From: Octopus vulgaris
Lineage: Eukaryota
Length of the DNA stretch: 64,000 nt
Direction: 5' to 3'
NCBI GenBank assembly: GCA_951406725.2
Contig: OX597817.1
Location: forward strand, 67,518,001-67,582,000
Program-made: the position numbers and the translations under genes
Notes under the pieces: model-generated
Told to the model about the DNA's origin: nothing
Databases searched by the model: none
Seen by the model: the letters and a program-made list of their open reading frames with translations, nothing else
Shown here: piece after piece, positions 40,478 through 55,087 of the stretch
Layout: each line of letters starts with the position of its first letter
Position numbering within the stretch: position 1 is the stretch's first letter

Positions 40478-41664
40478 CAGCCCTTGTGGCCAATAAAGAA
40501 AAAAAATTATTACTATTATGCTAGTGCTGCCATGGTGATTAGTGTGTTATAGTTGTGGGCGAACGTATATGAAATGGGCGGTCACAATGAGCTGTTAAGT
40601 TTTGAGATTGCTACGTGACGTCTGGAGGGGTGATTTCACTACAGAAAGATAACAAAAACCAGGTTTGAGTATAGAGAGACTAGTGAAGCGAGACTTGAGC
40701 GATTTTTGTGACGTCTGTGGTGGAATTCATTTGTTTGAAAACAGAATATTAAACAGGAATGTAGACGGAATATTTGGCGGGGTGGAAATTTCTAGAGAGC
40801 AATAACACACTGAGAGTAAGTACATGCGGATTGGTGGTGAGTGTGGGAGTTCAGTGAATGAAAGATAGCAACCTTAAGATTCAGGGAAACAGTTTTTGTT
40901 AAGTCCCAGATCAGTCCTGGTCGGACAGACAGAACATGTTGAAAGACATCCCTCCCATGATCACCATCCCACACTAGGATGTTCTTTTTTTATTTCTAGC
41001 AGATGGGGTCCCGTAGTCAAAAGTTGGTAATTCTAAGGTAGCATGGTGGTTACTGATTGGTTGGAAAAAAATCAAGGCACCGACAGATGGTGTTGGTGAC
41101 GGTAAGCATGATAATCTAAAACGTCTGCTGGAGGTTGATTCGGAACAAAATGTAAAACAGAGAATAGATATGTAAATGGCGTGTGTCAAGACCAGTGTTC
41201 GGCAACAGGCGGGCCGTCATCAGAGAGTGGACAGCTTTTGGATTTTAGACTTATGTGTTCATCTGATTCGTTTCATTTTCGCAGCATTGCCAAGGAATGG
41301 ATACAGGTGGATACGATATAATAGGTAAAAAATAAAATAAAACAAATTAAAATATGAGAGTCACTGATCCCAGGGTTAATAGAACGAACGAGGAAAAGTT
41401 AACTTATAAAGAAATGAGAATGGAGGAATTTCCTAGTGGTTTAATTGTATAAACATTTTGCCTGCTCTGTGTCTCAAGACACAGGACATATTTCCCTGGC
41501 GTTCATGCATCATATTTGATAAACATTCCCAATTTCTATCTATCACCAAAGTAACTTGGTATTTGTCTGAAAGCATGCATGAACGTTTTTAGCATAGACT
41601 TATGGAAATGCTTTGGGCAAACAAAAGATTAAATTTATTTTCCATAGGAAAGTAAATTTATATA

Positions 41665-41855
41665 AAGTAATCCCTCGATTATCGCGGGTGTTACGTTCCA
41701 AAACCTCCCACAGAAATAATTAAAATCTAAAAAAATATAAATACTTATCGGCCGCAGAAACCCGGATATACTGAGGTATCCGCGATATAAATTTACATAT
41801 AATTGCCAGAAAAATCCGCGATGTACTGAGTGCGCTATATGGAGAGGGATTACTG
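41665..41855. mobile_element. Tigger/pogo-type MITE
   Basis: TA|aAGTAATCCCTCGATTATCGCG ... GCGCTATATGGAGAGGGATTACTG|TA. Confidence 0.75.
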
Positions 41856-42620
41856 TATTAAGCAACAAAAGACAAGGTTATGGGTAGATCAGAACGTCTT
41901 GCGGTGTTTTATTACCTCCTTTCAAATCTCACGGAAGTCTCGATTTTGTCGTTTCTCCTCCTAGGGTCATTTAAAATAAATATCGGTTTACTCTAACTTC
42001 GATCGTTTTGAGTTCATGGATTTTTCCTTTTAAAGAAATTAACGGGGAAAATAAGCCTCAAAAGTGTTTTCTCCTTTTTTTCATCGTTTTTCGAGTTATG
42101 TCGCGTGTCTTGAAACCAGTTACCGACGTAAGATAATGTATGTCTATAAATTGGTATGGATTCTGAAATAGTTGATCTTGAGCTAATGTTCGAAATCAAT
42201 TATTAATCTGTTATTAAGAAAGGATACTTTCAAATTGACAGAATCGATATAGCGGTGGACTAAATGTTTGTTATAGTTTGCTACCTGATTGTTGAGATCA
42301 AATTCTGCTGAATCCTAAGGTTAATAAAAGAACAGACTTATGAAAAGAAAGCTTTATATTATTTAGAGCGTATGAAACAAGAGCTAGCTAGGAGTCTGAA
42401 AACAAGCATGGACGTTTAGGACAAACTTATGAAAATGCTCTGGACAAGCAAATAGTTAAAGACGGTATATATAATTTGATGGAGATTTGGCAGCTTTTCC
42501 TATCAAACTCAGTGGCACACTTTGAGGGTTTCCTCGTTAGCCCGATACGTCATTCATGTTTTTTCAATGACAGTAAGGGTGGAGTTTGAAGAAACTTTGG
42601 CCTTTATTTCTTATCATTAT

Positions 42621-43137
42621 GGAAAGACTCCCCCCCCAGTTTTCTCGCAAATTATTGTTTCCCCACCACCAAGAACCCACGTTTTCGGATACGGAGATTC
42701 CGGGAAATTGCCAAAAATTGAAATTTTGAAATGTCTGCCCACCCCACCTCCAATTTCTTAATTTTTCACTTTTTTTCCGTAACCCTAACCCTAAGTAGAA
42801 ACATTTTTCGAAATTTTTTTCAGAATCATAATCTCCGTATTTTTCCGCGTATTTTGACCAAAAAAAAAATTTTACAAAAATTTTGGGAAATTTTTTTCAG
42901 AATCATAATCTCAGTATTTTTCCGCATATAATTTGGGAAAAAAAAATTCTGAAAATAGTTAAAAATGAAGAATTGGGTGTGGGGGGCGTAATTTGAAAAT
43001 GCCGATTTTTGCCAATTTTTTTGCAGATTCATATTTTCCGTAGCCGAAAACGGGGGTTTGTGTAGATAACAAAAATAAATTAATAAAAAAGGGGTGTTTT
43101 TCTTCTTTTGGTGGGGGGTACTAAAGGAAGTCTTGCC
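42621..43137. mobile_element. GG-terminal foldback DNA element (Merlin/MULE-like)
   Basis: GGAAAGACTCC / GGAAGTCTTGCC termini, long imperfect inverted arms, internal TAACCCTAACCCTAA; degenerate 8-bp TSD ATCATTAT/TTCATTAG. Confidence 0.6.
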
Positions 43138-43214
43138 TTCATTAGTTCCAGCTGTATACAAGTTCGAGATACAATAATGTACGTAGATGAATGCATGTTT
43201 ATCCATTTTAAGGC

Positions 43215-43520
43215 GCAGGCTTTCCCAACCTGGTTTTGTGTTCTGTCACACTCTGTGGGACCTTGGGTGTCTTCTACTATAGCGCCGTTGGTTGACAAAC
43301 TGGAAGAAGCTCGTCTTGTGTGTGTGTGTGTCTTACTACCATCGCTTGACATTCGGTGCTGGTTTGTTTACGTCCCCGTAATTTGGCAGTTGGGCAAAAG
43401 GGACCAATAGAATAAGGTATTGGACACTGAAAAAGAAAATAATAAAATTTGGGTGTCGATTTCTTCGACTAACCCCTCTATGTGATGCTCCAGTATGGCT
43501 GCCGTCCAAAGACTGAATCA
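43215..43520 (+). mobile_element. SINE family 1, diverged
   Basis: TGTCTTCTACTATAGC..TTTACGTCCCCGTAA..GACCAATAGAATAAG..CCAGTATGGCTGC. Confidence 0.7.
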
Positions 43521-43911
43521 TAACGTGTGTGTTTCTAGTGTTACTCGTCCGTGTTAAGTCATTCGCGAAGCTTACTGGACAATTATGTGTATATAACGAA
43601 ATGCAATTATCTTATGACTATTTTATCATTTGATGCCATGTATATATTATTTACGGATCAATTCAACAGTGGGGCATCATTTTATTATATGATAGTGATG
43701 TTATTTCACTTAAATGACACAATGCATTTAATTTGTCGATAACCTATTAAATAGATTTTTATGCCCAAAATTTATTATAAAATACTCATTACAGTAAGTT
43801 CTCTCTGAATATCTCGAATTTTATTTACATATTCATTAATTGAAAATGAAGCTCGTTATAAGCGGGCTTTTATTACTTCCAGTTAATGAATTTGTAATTA
43901 CATAATGTTTT

Positions 43912-43959
<48 letters not shown>

Positions 43960-44007
43960 GGGGGTAATAAATAATTATCTCTCTCTACATACATACATAT
44001 ATATATG

Positions 44008-44075
<68 letters not shown>

Positions 44076-45404
44076 ATTATATATATATACCTATGCATGC
44101 AATATATTTTTTATACGTTAAAACCCATGGTTATCTGTTTATTTGAATTTATTGTCCTTGTGTGTGTGTGTATACACACATACATTTTCATCATATAAAA
44201 ATATACACACGTTCATTTTTTGTACAAAGTACAAAGAAAGTGAGAGGTAGTAAATATATACTTTTTCCTCTGTCTGATATTAAATTTAGTTAAATATTTG
44301 TTATGTCAGTGGTGCAATATGTCTGTATGTGGAAGGAATTGGAGTCGTGCATACCTTTCCCAAATGGTTGTCTCTATTCTAAAATGACAATTCAGGTAAA
44401 TTAACTCCACAGTGCACCTCGTAATTACAGTAAAAAGAATAGCTTTGATTTATCATTGAGGCAAATAGATGGCCATTATTTAATTGGGCCTATTTTGTAA
44501 AGTGAAGAGTAAGCCAAAATTTGGCTCCCCTTTAAAATTATGTTTGAACAGGAGTACTTTTTTTTTCTCTTTCGAAGTAAATATTTAAAACGTGATCTCC
44601 CCTACACAAGCGACAAGCAAAAATGACTTTCAAAATGATAACATTAAATAATCGGATTAAAGGATTTAATTATATCATTTTAATCGTGAGTGAGATCTGT
44701 GTTACCTCCCCACACAGTCTCTCCTTCGCTAACACGCACGCTCACACACACACACACACACACACACCGCGTGTGTATACGTATGTGGTAGTACCATATG
44801 CCGCCGAGTTCCCAGTAAAACGAATCTTCGACCTATAGATTCTTCTTACGCTTTATAGTCCTTGTGTGTGTGTTTTGTGGCTGTACTTAATAGATTTAAG
44901 AAATGTATGACCAACACAAAACTTGTCTCCTCCCCTTCACTTCTGCGGATCATATAAACTACAGTAGTTCACTATTTCTTACATCATATTCCCGAATATA
45001 AATAAAATTCATGGTAATGTAAAGTGATATATATATATATATATATATATAATTTTATGCATTAGATAATATAATTTATATGTTTAAGTGGTGATTGACA
45101 AGGGAGACCTATTTTCCTTTCCTCTACCCGTAAAAATAACTGTCAAATTTTTATTCGTTTTCCAGATATTTGTACTATTAGTTGTGTTGCACATATAGCT
45201 CTGCTACCCGTTAATCTCTATTCTTACGTATGTGTGTATGCGTTTATGTATATATATATATGTTCATGCATACGGTTGTAGGTAAGTATAGCTTAGTTCT
45301 CATACTATTCTGCCACCCCTCTTCCTGTTATATAGTAGCTATGGGCTTATAAGCCCTATCGACAGACCTTTGACGTTGTTATGATGGCGGGATATATATA
45401 TATA

Positions 45405-45752
<348 letters not shown>

Positions 45753-46269
45753 ATGGACTGTTGTAGCTATGTTGCAAGCTACAGATATCTTTTGGTCGGG
45801 ATAGTATATTATTGAAAATCAAATATTACAGCTGATAATGGATAATATGATATTGCAGAAATTTTATTTTCTCTACAGCATGAAATCTTTTCTGCATGTG
45901 TATGTGTGCGCGAATCCCTTCCTCCACTCTATATATGTATGTATGTATGTATAAGAAAATAAATGAATTTAAAACATACTTAAGAATTAATCTTTTCAGC
46001 TTTGATTTAATAAAATCTCTACTTCAATTATTTCAGTAGTTAAACATGACTAATAAAGAAGTTAGACAGCTAAGCATATGTTAATAGATGTTGTATATTA
46101 ACATATGTGTATGTGTGTCTGCACTGTCATACAACTAAATAATTGAATAACACACCCACGTGTATATATATATATATAGGTGCATTTGAACTGAACTTGA
46201 TACTGTTGTGATAGATTTAAAAAGAAAAAAAAGTTTTATTTATTTAAAGCACTCATGAATAAACGGGTT

Positions 46270-46597
46270 AAGACGTGGCCGTGTGGTAAGAAGTTAGCTT
46301 CCCAACCACACGACTTCGGGTTCGGTCCTTCTGCGTTGCACATTGGGGATTATTTTCTGTTGTAGTCTCGGTCTGACCAACAAAACCTTGTGAGTAGACG
46401 GAAACTGAAAGAAGCCCGTGTGTGTTTGTCTTCCTTCCTACAACCGGTGTTGGTGAGTTTACATTCCCGTAACTTTGCGGTTCGGCAAAAGACAACCGAT
46501 AGAATGAAGTATCTTGATTGATTCGTTCGACTAAAATTCTTCAAGGCTGTGTGCCAGCATGGCCGCAGTCTAATGACTGAAACAAAAGCTAAAAGCA
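46270..46597 (+). mobile_element. SINE family 1 copy
   Basis: GTGGCCGTGTGGTAAGAAG head to GACTGAAACAAAAG tail. Confidence 0.85.
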
Positions 46598-46962
46598 AAT
46601 GTTTAGTGACTTTTTCTAAAAATTGAAGTCAAACGATTTGAAAGGGATAATCTTTTGCATTTCATCGTAGCTTGGAAATGTAGCTGATCTTTGTTGTTTA
46701 ATCGTAGATTGTCAGCCATGATTGAGAAGGAGCAATAGCATCGAAGATACAGTATCTGTTTAAGAAAAACTGTTTGAGCGGGTCTCGAGTTATAGTCACT
46801 ACTTAAATCATGTCATCACCTCCTCCTCACCTTCTTCTTTTTCTTCTTCTTCTTCCATGCTGTTCAATGCATCATCCTGTGTGATTCCTTTCTAAAGACG
46901 GTGGAGCGTGATCTGAAAGACATCCAACTGCTGTTTCTAGTAGGTCAAGTGATTGTCTACAG

Positions 46963-47163
46963 CAGTGGTTTTCAACCTGGGTTCCGCCAGTACAGTTCAG
47001 GGGTTCCGCAAGAAGTTACAAAACTGCTAAAATCGGCAGTAATTTTTCAGTCTCCTGTGCAGATATGTGTGCATAAGACTATTAAATTATTGCACAGGGG
47101 TTCCTTGAGCCAGTGGAATGTTTCCTTGGGGTTCCGCTCCAGCAAAAAGCTTGAAAAGCACTG
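46963..47163. mobile_element. hAT (Charlie-like) MITE
   Basis: TIR CAGTGGTTTTCAA / TTGAAAAGCACTG; perfect 8-bp TSD GTCTACAG (46955-62, 47164-71). Confidence 0.92.
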
Positions 47164-47716
47164 GTCTACAGAGCTGTGATAAGAACATTTGTATGTGTGT
47201 GTGTAAGAACGGGAGGGGTGATGAGCCTCGATACGGAGAAAAATAATGAATTCTTAATTTTACAAATAAATTCCCGTAAATTACTGCTATGGTTTGGATC
47301 AGTGAGTTGCTATTTTACTCAGATGGATCCTCCTAACCATTTTATTTTTCAAAAATCCTATTATATTTGTAAAATTAAATATCATTAGGAATTGTATTTC
47401 AAAAGTTGTTAAAATATTTGATGTAACCAGTCTGTTGCTGATATAGTTTATCAACAAAATCTTATGTGAACCCTTAAGGATCACATGGAACCTGGTTGAG
47501 AACCGTTGGGTTAGACGAAAGGTTTAGACGTTTTTATTATTATTGTTATTATTTTTTTTTTCTTTTTGCTGTTTATTTTTCCATTAGATTTTTAGGATCT
47601 TCAGCTGTGCGTAGCTTCAAATTTTTTAACCCATCTGTAGAGATCCCTTATTCCTGGAGAAGAGGTTCTCTCGATAGCTCTGCTTTATCTTTTTTTGTTT
47701 TAATGTATGAGGATGT

Positions 47717-48005
47717 GGTGCTACTTAAGAAGAGCGGCCCCGGTGCGTGCACTCGCGTATCCGCGCTAGCTAGTCGTGACTAGTCGATCCTACAACGACT
47801 ACCTAGCAAAGTAAATAAAACACAAAATAAATAATTTTTTTACACAAAGTAAAAATTAAAAAAAAAAGTGAATAAAACACAAAGTAAATAATTTTTAAAC
47901 AAAGTAAATAAAACACAAAAACACAAAGTAAGGATCGTCTAGTCACGACTAGCTAGCGCGGATACGCGAGTGCGCGCACCGGGACCACTCTTCTTAAGTA
48001 GTACC
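47717..48005. mobile_element. GG-terminal MITE with 75-bp CpG-rich TIRs and 9-bp TSD (Merlin or Mutator)
   Basis: 47717-47791 is inverted at 47931-48005 with few mismatches; TSD TGAGGATGT/CGAGGATGT; interior made of CAAAGTAAATAAAACA-like repeats. Confidence 0.9.
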
Positions 48006-48028
48006 CGAGGATGTTACTTCGTCTTGAC

Positions 48029-48202
48029 CAATGCTCCGCAACAAGTATGCCGCGGCACACTGGTGTGCCACGAGAGGATGCTAGATGTGCCGCAGTGTAA
48101 CCTGAATATAATCTTCCCCCCTATACTTTTAGTTACATCTTTAGTTCAGGTGTGCCGCCGAATTTTGAAAAGGACACAAGTGAAAAAGGTTGCGGAGCTA
48201 TG
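48029..48202. mobile_element. hAT (Charlie-like) MITE
   Basis: CAATGCTCCGCAAC / GTTGCGGAGCTATG termini; TSD GTCTTGAC/GTCTAGAC. Confidence 0.8.
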
Positions 48203-50117
48203 GTCTAGACAACTAATGGTGGAGCACTCGATCTGCTAAGAATAACAGGCAAATTCCCATATCACACTTGGCCATATTAAGGGAGTTAGGGCACATACAT
48301 TGAATGTGCTCCAGGGGAAATAAGATGGTCACTACTGCAAGAAATGTATTTCACCGTGGGTTCGATTAGTGCTGAATTTGGAACTAAACAATGACAGTTT
48401 TTTTTTTTTGTGTGTGTGTGTTGTTTTTCCATATTTAAGAAAATGTTCTAGTTTAGATTCATTACGTTAAAGTTGTCCTGAAACTATGTAATTTCCTGGC
48501 AAGAGACACTAGCTTGCAGCTGGTGATGAGGTTCTGGGCTCGGGAGTTCAGTTTTGAGGAGTATGGAGTTACCTACCCTTAGTAATTTTCAGGTCCGCTT
48601 TAGACGCGAGGTGGTAGTACTTGTCATAGGCCCCATTTTGGGGGTCGAATAGCAGATGATTGGTTCTGTGGGTAAGGCATAAAAGATATGGAGAAGAGCT
48701 GGTAGGTACCTAGGCAAGTGACACAACAGGTCACTGGTGTGTGAGCATCTTGATGTTACGTGAACCAGTACCCCCACCCCCACCCGCCATTTAAGTTCTC
48801 GGTAAAGCTCGGCAGAGTAAGAAACTGTATAAACCGCATTTCGAGCTGCGCTGTTTAGTTTTAATTCATCTTATTTCAATTTCGCTTTGACGTTACTGTG
48901 ATTTTCTGGTTACGCGGGCGTAAAATAATCGTTTTAAACGCTCAGTAATATTCTAAAAATAAATATATAAACTAATTAAAAATAGCCACTTGAAGGAGTC
49001 GTTTTCACTCAGTACTACGCAGTCAGTCCGATATGCATGTATCCTGAAGTCACGGTTCACTTATACATGAAATGTAAAACTTTTCTTTTTCCTCATGCAA
49101 ACCAATTATACGTATGTCTGGCTTTACCGTGAAAAGCGAGCATGAATGAGTCATTTTAAACATTTCTAGTATTCCATATCAACCAATTGTTCTGAGACAT
49201 TTACTTGGGGATTCTCCCATCACAAATACAGGAAGTACGCAGGGGTTCAGTGCTTCGCTGTCGAGTTCATAATAATGCCAAAACATGTCCCGAGTTATCT
49301 CTCGTACTTGCCGAAATTATTAAAATAAGTCATTGACCTAATTTTCTCTTGCTGCATAAATATTGCTTATTAGCCTTCATTAATTACGTTAAATGCTCCA
49401 TACATTAAATCTAAATGGTAATATTAAATTAGATATTGTTCTATGGCTCAACCAGGTGAATTAGGATAGTACCCATGACCATTTCAGTATCTCGGAGACT
49501 AGTGGAGAAAAGGGAAGAAACCATGTGTTTATAAAGCTGCTTATCCTCAAACCTGAGGCCTAGTCCGAACTCTTGTAACAGAGTGGATTTTGCTAAAGGC
49601 ACCCAAAGTGTCTAAAAAAGGTATTAAACCTAGTGATGGATTATGTCCACTACTCAACAACAACAAGATTCCAACTTAGCCTGGTGGATAAGAGGATGGT
49701 GTCTGCTTACATAGCCAACGTCGTCACCATTAATCAGTCCACACACATTTTGAAGTACGACAAAGATTACGTAACACAAACTAGAGGGCTTGGAGGGGAA
49801 ATTGGTTTGTTCGTTGATTGAAGAAGGTTTGGTTACCTCGCTTACAGTATTTGCTAAAGTGGAGGGGTGCTGGTAGTGGGAGAAATAATGAAAGAGAGAG
49901 AAAGAGTGATATGATGCACGACTTTCTTTAACCGTGTCTCTTTGACACAAATTTCTGTCGCCAACATACTGAACACTATCATTTTTGTTTTATTTTTTGC
50001 TTTCTTTAATACACACACACATATAAAATACACTTTGAAATAAAAATTTCCCTAAAATTAAACATATATGATACATGCAAATGTCAGTGTTTTCACACTT
50101 TTTGAACTTTAATAAAG

Positions 50118-50318
50118 CATTTCTACTGGAAGCACAATACCTCAAATTTTGGAGGAAGGGATTAAGTCGGTTACATCGACTCCAGTACGTAACAGGTGCT
50201 AATTTTATCAACCCCGAAAGGATGAAAGGCAAAATCGAACACAGAACGTAAAGACGGGCGAAATGCCGCTGAACATTCCGCCCGGCGTGATAACGATTCT
50301 GCCTGCTCGCCGCCTTAA
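50118..50318 (-). mobile_element. SINE family 2 copy
   Basis: CCCCGAAAGGATGAAAGGC..AACGATTCTGCC..CTCGCCGCCTT. Confidence 0.85.
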
Positions 50319-50407
50319 TATAATAAATGTGAATGTCAATGTGTCACACTTTTTCAACTTTACTCATAGAGGCCGTAGCTCAACATATCATACCATGTTG
50401 ATTCAGG

Positions 50408-50690
50408 CTGACTCCGTGAGTAAATTAAAAATAGCCGGGGTCGAATCCGGACCCACAATCCTGAAATTTTGGATTCCCAAGTTTTCATTACTGTGATTGT
50501 TTTCGGCGATTTTTTTACGTGACTTTTTCAGTCAAATTTTTTTTGTACGATAACAATTTTTATAATCTAGAGGCTAACTCCGTGAGTAAATTAAATAAAA
50601 ACATTACGGGTCGAATCCGGACCTGCAATCCTGAAATTTTGGATTCCTATGTTTTCGTTACTGCGATTTTTTTTCCACATGATTTTTTTG
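50408..50690. repeat. Tandem duplication, ~160-bp period
   Basis: GGCT.ACTCCGTGAGTAAATTAAA..GGTCGAATCCGGACC..CAATCCTGAAATTTTGGATTCC occurs twice (50408, 50571). Confidence 0.8.
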
Positions 50691-51244
50691 CAACGAATAT
50701 GTCATCATTGGGATATGACTCTGGAGGAAACAACTGCAACAAATTTTCCAAAACAAGTCAGAGATCTGTTTCCAGATCTTCCCATTAAGAGAAGATCCTA
50801 AAAGCTATATACTAGCTTTCTAAGAATATGCTGTAGCGATTCTACACGTATATGTATGTATGTTTGCGTGTATATGTATATGAGTATGTGTGTCTTTGTG
50901 TCTGTTTGTCTTCCAGAGACAGATAGAATAAGTAGTGGGGGTCGATTCATTCGACTAAACCCAGCATGGCCGCAGTCCAATGACTGTAACAAGTAAAGGA
51001 TAAAAGATATGTATACACACATACGTACATACAGCCATCAGGTTGGCCAACCTTCGCGCAGCCATTTTCGCTTAGATTGTTCTTTCCTTTTCTTTCTTTC
51101 TTAAAACTTGTCATCCTTCCCCTCTTCCTTCCTTTCCATTCTACGCTCATAATCCGAAGAAACACAATCCTTGGAACATCAATGGTTAAGTCCATTTGTT
51201 TAAAAATTTTATGAATAATTTTCAATTTTTTGTTTGCTCTCTCG

Positions 51245-52030
<786 letters not shown>

Positions 52031-52445
52031 TAAATATATGCGCGCACACATAATAGTATGCGGTTTGGCAGGGAAGTTAAGGTGCGGTTTTATTAACATG
52101 GCCTTTTGCCGAGGCTCTCATGGCAACTTCAAGTGCATGAAATACTGTTGCAAGAGAAACTGAGAAAGTGTGCTAAAAAATTCCTGAGAGTAGCTTGGTC
52201 TCCTGGCGTGTTTTTACTGCGACTCTGTTAAAGCGTTACAGGAAAACTAACGTTACTGCCGTATGAATTTGAAGGCTGCGTTGTAACGGTTTGAATGTTT
52301 TCGATCCAAATGGTCCATTTTATTGGGGTTCATCTAGGGCTAAATCGACAATCATGAGTTCTTTCGTTGTATTCTATGAATTCAATTGGTCGCGCTTTCA
52401 CCGTTGGATGCTGTTTAAATCCGTTTAGCACCAGTTAAGTAGATT

Positions 52446-53057
52446 AACATACCCACAAAAGTGTGTACCCCACCCGATTTTGTCTCCTCGTAATTTCCAG
52501 AAAAATAGATATTTTTCTATGAAATTTGCTACAAATACACTGAAGATGGTTTTAGATCCCGTTTTTATCGGAATTTGTTGTGAAAAAAAAAAAAAATTTC
52601 CCGTGGGGATGGAGAGAAAAGTTAGAGAAAATGTGCATGATTCGGCTTTGTAAATAGGAAAAATTGTTAAGCATGCACTCATACATACAATTTTTTTTCT
52701 AGATTTCAAGTTTCATTTTGTTATGTGATGTGTGTTTGTGTGCGAATCCACCAATTTTCTTCTTCGTATTAAATGCCAATATAATTGTAATCTACACCAT
52801 ATTAAAGGTATTTGTAAAACGTTTCACTAACAAAATATCAGTTTTTCTGAAAGTTATGAGGAAATAAAACCGACACATGTGAATTTTCAGAAATTCTTCT
52901 CTACACCAACAGAGAATATTTTTTTCACAAATTCCGATATAATTGGAATGTGCACCATCTGAAGTGTATTTGTAAAAAATTTAATTAACAACTATTCATT
53001 TTTCTGAAAGTTATGAGGAAACAAGATCGGGGTGGGGTACAATTGTGTAGGTATGCC
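52446..53057. mobile_element. TIR element with ~110-bp inverted arms and degenerate 8-bp TSD
   Basis: CATACC..GTACCCCACCCGAT..CCTCGTAATTTCCAGAAAAAT..TACAAATACACT is mirrored at 52955-53057; TSD AGTAGATT/AGCAGGTT; internal copy of a subterminal unit at ~52790-52870. Confidence 0.7.
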
Positions 53058-54977
53058 AGCAGGTTATTTTTTTTTTTTTTTGTTCCGAAGTCTTATTTAC
53101 TTTTTTCAATGTGCGCGCGATTCTCGTGTGCACATTAAAATTTAGCTGCTGATGTAGATATAAGGGGAACCAGTTTCGTACCAGGCAGAAAACTACCGTA
53201 ATCGAGGCTGAATGAAGATTCCACCTGCTTCAACACAGCGATTCTTCCACCCCACGCGAGAGAGAGGCTCTTTGATCAACTCTCATCTCTCTCTTTTTAT
53301 TTAGGGGGAATGGGAATCAAATTTTTTGTCTTCTTTGGATCTATACTGCTTTTGTATTCTGCCTAACAACGTCCTTTCTGTACGAAGTGATTTGAGGGGA
53401 ATATAGGAGGTCTAACGAATGCGTAAAGGTTCCCACTTTAAGTTCATTAGTTCTATTGTAAGAAGATATCTCTCTGGTACTTGCTCATAACATGTCAAGA
53501 ATGTTTGAATTCTAGTCCTTCGTCACTCGGTAGGTGGTTATGGAGGGTTTATTTTTCAGTTGTGCTATTCGCGTCCATCTCTTTCAATTCAATTCACATC
53601 TGGGATGCGCATTATAGGATTTACTTCGTACTACGTTTCATCGACGCCGGTAAGAATGAAAGGTAAAGTTGACCTCAGTGGATTTCAACTTGGAAGAAAC
53701 TAAATATCATTTTTGTTCGACTCTCTAAAACGATTCTGCCAGTCAGTCGTTTGGTTATTTATTACGCTCACCCCTATCTCCGAGTAATATATGCGGAGGT
53801 TAAAATAAGGGAACTGTTGACGTTTGTTGTTTTCGTGTATCCCGTGGTATTTTGACGATTAGTGAGCGAGTCAACGTTAATTGTTGCAGTGAGCCGTTCA
53901 GGATTAACTGATCTGAGGGAGCATCTACTCAGCCTGCTAGAAATAGTAGCCAAAATTCCCTCAAACTATACACTACCAACTTGAAAAGGGAGAAACGCAT
54001 TGGTTAGTATTATGCCTAGATACGCAGTGCTTGCAAAAAGATTGGATGGACGATCATGAGTGGGACGGACGTACCTGAAAAAAGCTCTGTCTTCGGTGCA
54101 ACAATCATAATAACCTGCTAATAAATAACAGCCAATTGTGCCTCAAATGACAATCCCGTCATCTGCAAAACAGAACGCGGTGTCAATTTGAATTTGAACT
54201 CCGTCTTCCTTAGGACGAACAGTCGTTGTGGAAGTTTGTTATTATCATTATCTTAGAACGGCTCAGTGAGATCTGACCCGAGCTAAACGGCAGATGATAT
54301 ATGTATTCGACAGTTTTGCGTCAACGGTTACCCCCAAGATCTCAAAAACAATACGAATGAATCCTTCTTGTTCTTTAACCCAAGGTCAGTTTAGACGTTT
54401 CCGGGGTTGTATTAGTCAATCGTCATTCCTATTTTATATCAACTCCTGAATTTTTTCTACTGATTATTTATCGATTTCAAAAGACTATGATTAAAAGAAA
54501 AATCAATGAAAAATGATCCAAGGTATTGCACAACAGAGTTCCCCCAATGTATGCCTTTTACTGTTTCGTTGTATATCTTCATCATACATACATATATATA
54601 TATATGTACACACACACATGCATGTGTGTATTTGTATGTGTAATATATCTTCATATGCGAGTGATGAACATGCGCGTGTGAAATATTATTTTAAAGTCAT
54701 TTCACAGTTAGAGTTCTATTTCTCGTGTTGGGTTTACACAACAGAATTGATAGTTCTCACTAGTTAAACATTTATACTGAATTATAGTTACGTAGCATTA
54801 ATTTATATTAATTCTTATCATATAACTAAATAATTAGCTTATTCTTTTATTTATTACAAACTATTTAGGGAATATAAATAAACAGAATATAGTAAGAACC
54901 AATTTTTGTGTGTGTGTGTGTGTGTTCTACCGCTACCAAAGTTTATTCTTTTATAGAATTTTTCTTGTTCTTTTTAG

Positions 54978-55087
54978 GATGTCATACATGCATTCTTTGC
55001 AAAAGCAAGTTTAGTTTCGAGAATCTCAGTTCTGAGAGCTTTCCCGTAATGCCAGAAAAGCAAGTGCCGTCAACAAGTCTACAACGG
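54978..55087 (+). other. Candidate exon (5' UTR/uORF)
   Basis: Pyrimidine tract TTTTTCTTGTTCTTTTTAG| acceptor, donor CGG|GTTGGT; ATG at 55049 gives MPEKQVPSTSLQR. Confidence 0.4.

Noticed and set aside
47805-47930. Repeat-spacer-like pattern (CAAAGTAAATA units)
   Set aside because: Low-complexity interior of a MITE; no unique spacers or cas genes, and the context is eukaryotic, so not CRISPR.
49500-49880. Possible LINE endonuclease relic (GLGGEIGLFV)
   Set aside because: Similarity is too faint to call.
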